A stretch of 64,000 nucleotides of DNA from contig JBMYXS010000004.1 in the NCBI GenBank assembly GCA_049608645.1, positions 5,814-69,813 of the forward strand, written 5' to 3'. This document shows, in pieces, positions 9,017-17,084 of the stretch; the first letter of the stretch is position 1; each line of letters begins with the position of its first letter. Source of the stretch: Pikeienuella sp. Its GTDB lineage: Bacteria; Pseudomonadota; Alphaproteobacteria; Rhodobacterales; Rhodobacteraceae. The notes under the pieces are model-generated. The model was not told the origin of the DNA. It did not search any database and saw only the letters and a program-made list of their open reading frames with translations. Made by a program: the position numbers and the translations under genes.

Positions 9017-9038
9017 CGCCTAGCAGCAGTGAAAAGCG

Positions 9039-10244
9039 TTACGGCGTTAGCGGGTCGGATGCCATGCCAAGGTGCAGATCCGTTCCCGTGTAGGGATGCG
9101 CGCGCGCCAGATCCTCTTCAAACTCTATCCCCAGGCCAGGCGCGGCAGAAGGGATCACATATCCATCTTCCCATGTAATCGAATGTTTGATGAGATCGCC
9201 GTGGAACCCACCCCATGTTTCGATGCTTTCCAGAATCAGAAAGTTGGGAATGCAGGCTGACAGTTGAATGTTGGCGGCCCCCTCCACCGGGCCACAATAC
9301 AGATGCGGTGCCATAACAGCGTATTTTGCCTCTGCCATGGCCGCGATTTTCTTGGCCTCCAGTATACCACCGACACGGCCCAGCGCGGGCTGTAGAATCG
9401 ATGCGGCACCGGTGTCCAGCACACGCGCAAATTCATATTTCGTGCACAGGCGTTCCCCCGTGGCGATCGGAACCGAGGTGTGGCGCGCAACCTCCGCCAT
9501 GCCTTCGGGCCATTCCGGTGGTGTGGGTTCTTCAAACCAGAGAGGCTCATACGGCTCGATGCGTTTGGCCATCCGCTTCGCGCCCGAAACAGTGAATTGC
9601 CCGTGGGTGCCAAACAAAAGGTCCGCGCGCGTACCGACCGCTTCGCGAATCGCTTTGCAGAAAGCTTCTGAACGCTCCAGCGACGGCAAATCGGGCTGTC
9701 TGCCATCATAGGCTGTATACGGTCCGGCCGGGTCAAACTTGATCGCCGTAAACCCCATATCAACGTATTCCAGCGCCCGCGCCGCAGCGACATCAGGGTT
9801 CGTGTAAATCGGCGCATCAGCCGCGGCATGCGCATCTTCATCCTTGGCATAGAGATAGGTGTAGGACCTGATCCGCTCCCGCGTTTTTCCGCCCAGCAGA
9901 TCATACACCGGCTTGCCAGCAGCCTTGCCCACAATGTCCCAACAGGCAATCTCCAACCCCGAGAAAACCCCCATCAACGTGGGATCAGGGCGCTGTTGAT
10001 AGCCCGAAGAATAAGTAACCCGGAACAGGTGTTCTATGCGGTGCGGATCGGCGCCCTGAAAATGGCGGGCAAACACATCTTCGGTCGCAACCTTGATGAC
10101 ATCCGGCCCAAAACTCGCGGCGTAAATCTCGCCATACCCGGTGATTCCACAGGCCGTCGTCAGTTTCACAAAGATGAAATAGCGCCCCCCCGTTCGTGGC
10201 GGCGGGTTTCCAACGATGAAAACTTCAAGGTCCTGCAACTTCAT
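9039..10244 (-). CDS. Enolase-superfamily enzyme (mandelate racemase/muconate lactonizing family; acid-sugar dehydratase-like)
   Basis: ORF 9039..10262. Start at ATG 10244 (MKLQDLEVFIV), preceded by GGGGAA. N-terminal capping domain plus TIM-barrel pattern (ALEIACWDIVGKAAGKPVYDLLGG; FEEP). Substrate not assignable. Confidence 0.75.
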   Translation of the reverse strand: MKLQDLEVFIVGNPPPRTGGRYFIFVKLTTACGITGYGEIYAASFGPDVIKVATEDVFARHFQGADPHRIEHLFRVTYSSGYQQRPDPTLMGVFSGLEIACWDIVGKAAGKPVYDLLGGKTRERIRSYTYLYAKDEDAHAAADAPIYTNPDVAAARALEYVDMGFTAIKFDPAGPYTAYDGRQPDLPSLERSEAFCKAIREAVGTRADLLFGTHGQFTVSGAKRMAKRIEPYEPLWFEEPTPPEWPEGMAEVARHTSVPIATGERLCTKYEFARVLDTGAASILQPALGRVGGILEAKKIAAMAEAKYAVMAPHLYCGPVEGAANIQLSACIPNFLILESIETWGGFHGDLIKHSITWEDGYVIPSAAPGLGIEFEEDLARAHPYTGTDLHLGMASDPLTP

Positions 10245-10449
10245 ATCTGTTCCCCAATTCACATTTTATGACGCGAGCCGTCCAAGGGTACCCTTTCACC
10301 ACTGATCAGGCGTGCCAATCCTTACGCGACAGCGAAGGTCGCTTTCGCCCCAAACACCTGCCGAGATTCCGCTTCACATCCCTATCAGTTCGCTTGCTTA
10401 ACCCCCCTTCGCCCCCTAGCTTTTCGGGAGAGCTGATCAGGAGACCTTT

Positions 10450-12282
10450 ATGCGCCTCACCCGCCGGACGTTCACCACGACTGCCCTTGCTGCCACGGCT
10501 TTGCCATTGGCACGTGCCAACGCTGCGGCGGAGAACGTGGGCAAGGGCGTTATCACCCGCAGTCATGGTGCCTCCCTCGTTGGGCCGCTCAAATATGGCG
10601 CAGATTTCCCGCACTATGACTATGTGAACCCTGATGCGCCCAAGGGGGGCACCGCGCGGCTGGCTTCACGCGCGAATTTCGACAGCTTTAACCCCTTCAT
10701 CGTAAAGGGAACGCCGCCCCAGGGGATCGGACTGGTGTACGAAACACTAATGACCCCGCCGCTGGATCAGTCATCGACCGAATACGGGCTGCTGGCGGAG
10801 TGGATTGAATACCCTGACGATCAAAGCTGGGTTGCCTTTCGCCTCCGCGATACCGCGCGTTGGCATGATGGCGTCCCTGTCACCGTAGACGATGTCATTT
10901 TTTCGTTTGAGGCACTGACCAAACAAGGCGCACCGCAATATCGGTTCTATTACGCCAATGTCATTGGCGCGAGAGATATGGGCGACCGGGTCGTGCGGTT
11001 TGATTTTGATACCCAGAACAACCGTGAACTACCCCATATTATGAGCCAGCTCAGCATTTTGCCAAAACACTGGTGGGAGGGGCGCGATTTCACCGAAGGC
11101 AGCCTGGACCGCCCGCTTGGCTCTGGCCCTTATCGCGTCGGCAAATTCGAAACCGGGCGGTTCGTGGAATATGAACGAGTGAAAGATTACTGGGGCGCGG
11201 ACTTGCCCGTGAACATTGGCTCAAACAACTTCGACCAAATCAGGTTTGAGGTGTTCCTTGACTCAGACGTTGCTTTTGAAGGCTTCAAATCAGGCGCTTT
11301 TGATTTTCGTGATGAAAACTCCGCGAAAAAATGGGCGCTGCAATATGATTTCCCTGCTGTGAAAGATGGCCGCGTCAAAACGCTGGAATATCCGTCAGAA
11401 GGGCCAAAACCGGCGCAGTTTTACGCGCTCAACCTTCGTAAGGATAAATTCAGTGACCGGCGCGTTCGGCAGGCCCTGGGGCTGGCTTACGATTTTGAGT
11501 GGACCAACAAGACAGTCTATTTCGGGCAATACGCGCGCGTAACCAGCACGTTCCAGGGCTCTCCCGACCTTATGCCAACAGGTGAGCCGAGTGCGGCGGA
11601 ACTGGCCCTGCTGGAACCATTGCGAAACCAGATCCCCCCCGAGGTTTTTGGGGAAGCCTGGACACCGCCAACCACCGATGGGTCGGGTCGAAACCGGCGC
11701 AACATTCGCCGCGCCTCCAAATTGTTGGAGGCAGCGGGCTGTGTCCTGAATGAAGGCATTCTATCAACGCCGAATGGTGAGCCGTTCAAGATTGAATTTC
11801 TGATCTATGATTCCAACTCGGAACGTGCGCTCAACCCTTGGATCGCGAACCTGAAACGGCTGGGGATAGAGGCCACTCTGCGTCTGGTCGATTTCCCGCA
11901 ATATGTGCGCACCATTCAGCAAGACCCGGAGTTTTCGTGGGATGTTATCGGCTGGCAGGCGCGAAACTCCTCCAGCCCCGGTAATGAACAGCGGGAATTT
12001 TGGGGCTCACGCGCCGCGAATGAGGTTGGCGCACGTAACGTTAGCGGGGTGGCAGACCCGGCGGTAGATGCGTTGATCGACCATATCATTGCTGCCAAAG
12101 ACCGCACCGAATTAAGCGTTGCCAGCCGTGCGCTGGACCGGGTGTTGATGTGGAACAACTATTTCATTCCCCAGATATTCAGCCCCAATGAACGCCTTGC
12201 ATGGTGGGACAAATTCGGGCGACCAGATCCCCTGCCGGGGATAAACCCCGGCTTTCCGTCAATCTGGTGGTCGACTGAATGA
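10450..12282 (+). CDS. ABC transporter substrate-binding protein, family 5 (YejA-like), copy 1
   Basis: About 610 aa. Signal MRLTRRTFTTTALAATALPLARA. The FDYVNPDAPKGG block is typical of YejA-type peptide/microcin-C binding proteins. AGGAG RBS. Confidence 0.8.
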   Translation: MRLTRRTFTTTALAATALPLARANAAAENVGKGVITRSHGASLVGPLKYGADFPHYDYVNPDAPKGGTARLASRANFDSFNPFIVKGTPPQGIGLVYETLMTPPLDQSSTEYGLLAEWIEYPDDQSWVAFRLRDTARWHDGVPVTVDDVIFSFEALTKQGAPQYRFYYANVIGARDMGDRVVRFDFDTQNNRELPHIMSQLSILPKHWWEGRDFTEGSLDRPLGSGPYRVGKFETGRFVEYERVKDYWGADLPVNIGSNNFDQIRFEVFLDSDVAFEGFKSGAFDFRDENSAKKWALQYDFPAVKDGRVKTLEYPSEGPKPAQFYALNLRKDKFSDRRVRQALGLAYDFEWTNKTVYFGQYARVTSTFQGSPDLMPTGEPSAAELALLEPLRNQIPPEVFGEAWTPPTTDGSGRNRRNIRRASKLLEAAGCVLNEGILSTPNGEPFKIEFLIYDSNSERALNPWIANLKRLGIEATLRLVDFPQYVRTIQQDPEFSWDVIGWQARNSSSPGNEQREFWGSRAANEVGARNVSGVADPAVDALIDHIIAAKDRTELSVASRALDRVLMWNNYFIPQIFSPNERLAWWDKFGRPDPLPGINPGFPSIWWSTE

Positions 12283-14117
12283 AACACTTTCTGATCCCTG
12301 TCATCGCCCTTTGCGCCGCTTTTGCAGCAAAGGCCGAGGTCGTGACCAAACATGGTGTTTCAGCCTTTGGCGCACTGAAATATGGAGTGGATTTCACCCA
12401 TTTTGATTATGTGAATCCCGACGCGCCGAAGGGCGGGATATACAAAGGGCGCTCTACCTTTTCAGCGCGCACATATGACAGCCTCAACCCCTATATCCTG
12501 AAGGGTGAGGCGGCGCTGGAAATTGATCTTTTCATCTTTGACCGCCTGTTGACCCGCGCCTGGGATGAACCCGACGCCGCCTATGGCCTATTGGCCGCCA
12601 GCGTGACCTACCCGGCTGATCGTTCATGGGCAGAATTTGAATTGCGCCCCGAGGCGCGTTTCGCCGATGGCACGCAAGTCACGGCCGATGACGTGGTGTT
12701 CTCGCTGTCTGTGCTGCAAGAAAAAGGTGCGCCCAGCTATCGCACCATTTTTGCAGACCTTGGCACCGCGACGGCACTTTCGCCCACGCGCGTTCGGTTT
12801 GATTTTCGCGAAGGTGCTTCTACCCGCGATTTACCAATGCTAGCGGGCGATGTGCCTATCATGTCCGCCGCAGATTGGGCCGGGATAGATTTTGCCGAAA
12901 GCTCCCTTCGCCCCCCACTTGGCTCCGGGCCTTACGCGGTTGGCGATGTAAAACCCGGCCGCTCCATCACTTATGTACGGCGGGGTGATTATTGGGCCAA
13001 AGACCTGCCTGTAAATCGCGGGCGCTGGAACTTTGATGAACTGCATTACGAATACTTCAAAGACAGCACCGCTGCCTTCGAGGCTTTCAAGTCAGGCGCA
13101 TATGAATTCCACGAGGAGTTTTTCTCAAAACTCTGGGCCACCGCCTATGATTTCCCTTCGCTCGACAAGGGCTGGGTCAAGCGCGATGTCCTTGCAGACG
13201 GGCGTGCGTCCGGCACACAGGGGTACTGGTTCAACACCCGGCGCGCAAAATTCACAGATCCGACAGTGCGACAGGCCCTGTCCCTTGCGTTTGATTTTGA
13301 ATGGTCAAACCGGACACTTTTCTATGACCTATACAGCCGCACGACGAGCTTTTTTCAGGGGTCTGCGCTGGCAGCAACGGGGCGTGCCTCCGCTGCTGAA
13401 CTGGAGCTTCTGACACCGCTTTCGGCACATTTGCCCGACACTGTCTTTTCTGAGGACGCTTATCAGCCCCCCACCAATGACGGTTCCGGTCGCCTTCGCC
13501 GTGCACTAAGACTGGCCGGCAAGATGCTCGATCAGGCGGGCTGGCGCGTTGGTGCCGACGGTATGCGCCGAAACGAAGCCGGTGAACCGCTGGAGATAGA
13601 ATTCCTCTCGAATGGTCCTGCTTTTGAGCGGATTACCGGGCCTTATGTGCAGAACCTGAAGCAACTGGGCGTGGACGCCGAATTCCGCCTGATAGATTCG
13701 GCGCAGTACCAGCAACGCGTCGAAGACTTTGATTTTGATGTTGTCGTCGCCCGTTTGCCGATCCCGGAGACGCCCGGCCCGGAACTGCGCAATCTTTGGC
13801 ATTCAGTATCGGTAGACTCGCGCGGCTCCCTGAACCTCGCTGGGGTCAATAACCCGGCCGTCGATGCCCTGATTGAAGCTGTTATTGCCGCCAAAGACCG
13901 GGATGCCCATGCGGTAGCTGTTTCGGCCCTCGATCGCGCATTGCGCAGCCTGCACATCTGGGTGCCCCAGTGGACCAAAGCCAGCCACACGATCGCCTAT
14001 TGGGATATCTATGGCAGGCCCGATATCAAACCGGCCTTTCACCGTGGCATCGTACAAACGTGGTGGATTGACGAAGAAAAACAGGCTGCGTTGGACAAAC
14101 AGCGCGGGCAACAATAG
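12279..14117 (+). CDS. ABC transporter substrate-binding protein, family 5 (YejA-like), copy 2
   Basis: Paralog of the preceding gene with the same length and shared blocks (FDYVNPDAPKGG, GSGPY, DYWG/AKDLPVN). The start overlaps the previous stop (ATGA). Confidence 0.8.
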   Translation: MKHFLIPVIALCAAFAAKAEVVTKHGVSAFGALKYGVDFTHFDYVNPDAPKGGIYKGRSTFSARTYDSLNPYILKGEAALEIDLFIFDRLLTRAWDEPDAAYGLLAASVTYPADRSWAEFELRPEARFADGTQVTADDVVFSLSVLQEKGAPSYRTIFADLGTATALSPTRVRFDFREGASTRDLPMLAGDVPIMSAADWAGIDFAESSLRPPLGSGPYAVGDVKPGRSITYVRRGDYWAKDLPVNRGRWNFDELHYEYFKDSTAAFEAFKSGAYEFHEEFFSKLWATAYDFPSLDKGWVKRDVLADGRASGTQGYWFNTRRAKFTDPTVRQALSLAFDFEWSNRTLFYDLYSRTTSFFQGSALAATGRASAAELELLTPLSAHLPDTVFSEDAYQPPTNDGSGRLRRALRLAGKMLDQAGWRVGADGMRRNEAGEPLEIEFLSNGPAFERITGPYVQNLKQLGVDAEFRLIDSAQYQQRVEDFDFDVVVARLPIPETPGPELRNLWHSVSVDSRGSLNLAGVNNPAVDALIEAVIAAKDRDAHAVAVSALDRALRSLHIWVPQWTKASHTIAYWDIYGRPDIKPAFHRGIVQTWWIDEEKQAALDKQRGQQ

Positions 14118-14146
14118 TTCGCCATCAAACCGCAGATGGGCTGCGC

Positions 14147-14842
14147 TTACCCTGCTTTCAGCCGATGTGGCGTAAGACGCCGCCTTTTGGGCAGCTTTGA
14201 GCGGGGCGTTGGAATGATCCGCGCGCCCGTCAGCAGCGCAAGCGCATCCTGCGAAAACAAGTCATCAAACACCTCACTCGCGGCATCCAGGCCCCCGGTG
14301 TAGGTTCCAAATGCCGGCAAGATAACCCGTGTATCATCCTTGATAAAAGACGCGCGCCCCCGTCCGCGCAGCCATACTTTGGGGTGATAATGCCCCGATA
14401 TTTCACCCCTTGCACCGTTCAGGGCGATATGGCGAAAGACGAGTGGGCCGACACGGTGCTGGTCCAGATATGTGCCCCCCAGCCCTGATGGTTCAGGGTC
14501 GTGATTGCCCAGAATCCAAACCCATGAACGCCCAGCCATGAGGCGCCGGAGTGAAAGGGTAATGTCCTCTTCAATCTCCTGGGCCGCGGTCGAATCATCA
14601 AAGCTGTCACCAAGGCATACAACCTCCGCAGGGCGGAGGTGATCCACCACATCGGCAAGACGTGCGATTGTCTCATACGCTTCATAAGGCGGTGTAAGAC
14701 GCCCCTCTCTGCGGGCTATGCGCTTGGCCTTCCCGAGGTGAAGATCGGACACAACCAACGTCTTGGAGGCAGGAATCCAAAGCACGCCACTCGGAAAGGC
14801 GATCAGCTTTACCCCAGATAATGAAAATTCGTATCCATCCAT
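14147..14842 (-). CDS. pdeM: Ligase-associated DNA damage response phosphoesterase PdeM
   Basis: Metallophosphoesterase motifs SDLHLGK, GDSFDD, GNHD and GHYHP. 231 aa. The N-terminal ...LWIPASKTLVVSDLHLGK is as in the PdeM family. Confidence 0.75.
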   Translation of the reverse strand: MDGYEFSLSGVKLIAFPSGVLWIPASKTLVVSDLHLGKAKRIARREGRLTPPYEAYETIARLADVVDHLRPAEVVCLGDSFDDSTAAQEIEEDITLSLRRLMAGRSWVWILGNHDPEPSGLGGTYLDQHRVGPLVFRHIALNGARGEISGHYHPKVWLRGRGRASFIKDDTRVILPAFGTYTGGLDAASEVFDDLFSQDALALLTGARIIPTPRSKLPKRRRLTPHRLKAG

Positions 14843-14997
14843 AAGACAGGAACAAAACGGGAATTTTCAGCGATTGCAAGGCTCATATGCCGCCTTTGGC
14901 ACATGGGCCTGTTTCCGCTCGCCACCGCCATGGTCTTTCCGCTAGCGCAAGGCCTCGCAAACTGTCAAAATACCCGCATGCGTTGTGGGAGTGTACT

Positions 14998-15990
14998 GTG
15001 TTAGAGTTCTTGGGCCCCGATCTGGCGGAAACTGCGCGCCATGCCGTCAAGGTATTTGTCGGCATGACGGTGCGGCTTTCACCGATCTATGTCGTATCAA
15101 TGCTTGTCATCGCCTATGCGCTTTATCGCATACGCAGGATCGAAGGCTCGTTTCTTTCATGGCTGTTGCCGCGTGAAATTTACCTCCACAAATCGCATAT
15201 GACCGATCTGAAACTGTTCGTTTTCGGGCGCGTCGTCGTATTATTGCGCCTTTTTTCATCGGCTGGGATACGTACCTTGATCGCTGCAACCATTCTGGTT
15301 GCCCTTGGCGGCAGACTCGACGCAGAGGCCGGTGCCTGGGTGCCTTTCGCGACAACACTTGCGGTTTTGCTCGTCAGCGATTTCAGCACCTATTGGATTC
15401 ACCGCATCCATCACCAAACCGCTTACCTCTGGCCCTTTCACGAAGTTCACCACAGCGCGGAGGTTATGACCCCTGTCACGGTCTACCGAAAGCACCCGGT
15501 CTACGATATTTTGGGCGGGTTGTTGCGCAACTGCCTGATGGGCGTGCTGTTCGGGTTCTGGACGTGGGTTTTCGCCGGGAAAATCGCGATTGTGCATATC
15601 GCGGGCGCGAGCGTGCTTTACGTAATGTTTCACATGGCTGGCTCCAACTTTCGGCACAGTCATATCTGGATCAGCTATGGCCCGTTCTGGGAGCGGATTT
15701 TCATTTCCCCCGCACAACACCAAATTCACCACTCCATCGCGCTGGAACATCGGGACAAGAATTTTGGCGAGGTCTTCGCATTCTGGGATTGGATGTTTGG
15801 CACCCTTTATCGCCCGACACGGGAGGAGGCCCTGACGTTTGGCCTGTCTGACGAGACGGGCGCACCCATCGCCCAGCCACATGATGGCCTGATCGCCGCC
15901 ATCGTGCGCCCGTTTCAGGATAGCTGGCGCGCATTGCGAGGCCAAACCCCGCCGCCAACGCCCCCCAAAGAAAGCCCCACCAAAGGATGA
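14998..15990 (+). CDS. Fatty acid hydroxylase / sterol desaturase family membrane protein
   Basis: ORF 14887..15990. The likely start is GTG 14998 (VLEFLGPD), 7 nt after GGGAG. His boxes HRIHH, HEVHH and HQIHH. 4-5 TM segments. Confidence 0.75.
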   Translation: MLEFLGPDLAETARHAVKVFVGMTVRLSPIYVVSMLVIAYALYRIRRIEGSFLSWLLPREIYLHKSHMTDLKLFVFGRVVVLLRLFSSAGIRTLIAATILVALGGRLDAEAGAWVPFATTLAVLLVSDFSTYWIHRIHHQTAYLWPFHEVHHSAEVMTPVTVYRKHPVYDILGGLLRNCLMGVLFGFWTWVFAGKIAIVHIAGASVLYVMFHMAGSNFRHSHIWISYGPFWERIFISPAQHQIHHSIALEHRDKNFGEVFAFWDWMFGTLYRPTREEALTFGLSDETGAPIAQPHDGLIAAIVRPFQDSWRALRGQTPPPTPPKESPTKG

Positions 15991-17075
15991 ACCGGGGGTT
16001 CTCCACCTATCTCGACGGCGCACGGGCATTGGCAGCGATTGTCGTGCTGCTTTCGCATCTTGCGTATAATCGATTCACGGGCGGTGACCTGTCAGTGTTC
16101 CGAACCTACAATCTGGGTTCGGATGCGGTCGTGGTCTTTTTTGTGCTGAGCGGCTTTGTCATCGCCTATGCCGCAGATCAACGTGACCGTGGGCTGGGTG
16201 GCTTTGCCTTTAGTCGGCTGACCCGCCTGTGGTCCGTTGCCATTCCTGCGTTGATCCTGACGCTCGTGGCGGATGCCATCGGTTCATCCCTCGCACCCGG
16301 TGACTATGACGGGTGGTGGCACCACAAGGCCCCCGCCTGGCTGACCGCGCCGATTGCCCTGGGGTTCTTTTCGGAATGGACAGGGTTCGGGTACCGCATT
16401 GGCACAAATGGCCCCTGGTGGTCGCTCAGTTACGAAGCCGCCTATTACTTGTTGTTTGCGATTGCGACCTACATGACTGGCCTGCGCCGTGCGCTCTTTC
16501 TGGTGCTTGCGATCATGCTGGTCGGGATAAAGCCACTGTTACTGATGCCGTCATGGCTCTTGGGGGTTGCGGTCTACCACCTGCTTAAGCGGGCTCCGGA
16601 AGGGGCGCAAAACGGTCGTTGGGTGCTATGGGCAGTTTTGCCGCCGATGCTCTATGTGTTATTTCAGGCCCTGTCGCTTCCCCTGATGTTGGAATTGTTG
16701 GGGAAAGTCACCTTTGGGCCGATCATGTGGCTTGTCCGCTTTTCCGATGAGCCGATCTGGAATCTGGTGATCGGTGGTCTTTTCGCGCTGCACCTTTATG
16801 CGGTGGGGCGCCTGATGGCAGGCAGCGAAAGGCCGGTGACGAAGGCCTCACAAGCGATCAAGTGGATCGCGGGCGGCAGTTTTTCAATCTACCTTGTCCA
16901 TTATCCCCTGTTGATGCTGCTGGATGTATTCATACCGGATTTTGCGCCAGCACCGCTTCATCATCTGGTATTGTTCGTGGCTGTGATGGCAGCCTGCTTG
17001 TTGTTCGCGCAGGTCTTTGAGCGCCCCCTGCCCCGTTTTCGCGCGGCGCTTCGCCGCCGGATCGAGCGCGCATAG
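15987..17075 (+). CDS. Acyltransferase family 3 (OafA/NolL-like) integral membrane protein
   Basis: About 10 TM segments. The N-terminal YLDGARALAAIVVLLSHL and VVFFVLSGF motifs are typical of Acyl_transf_3. The start overlaps the previous stop (ATGA). Confidence 0.75.
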   Translation: MNRGFSTYLDGARALAAIVVLLSHLAYNRFTGGDLSVFRTYNLGSDAVVVFFVLSGFVIAYAADQRDRGLGGFAFSRLTRLWSVAIPALILTLVADAIGSSLAPGDYDGWWHHKAPAWLTAPIALGFFSEWTGFGYRIGTNGPWWSLSYEAAYYLLFAIATYMTGLRRALFLVLAIMLVGIKPLLLMPSWLLGVAVYHLLKRAPEGAQNGRWVLWAVLPPMLYVLFQALSLPLMLELLGKVTFGPIMWLVRFSDEPIWNLVIGGLFALHLYAVGRLMAGSERPVTKASQAIKWIAGGSFSIYLVHYPLLMLLDVFIPDFAPAPLHHLVLFVAVMAACLLFAQVFERPLPRFRAALRRRIERA

Positions 17076-17084
17076 AGATTGGAG

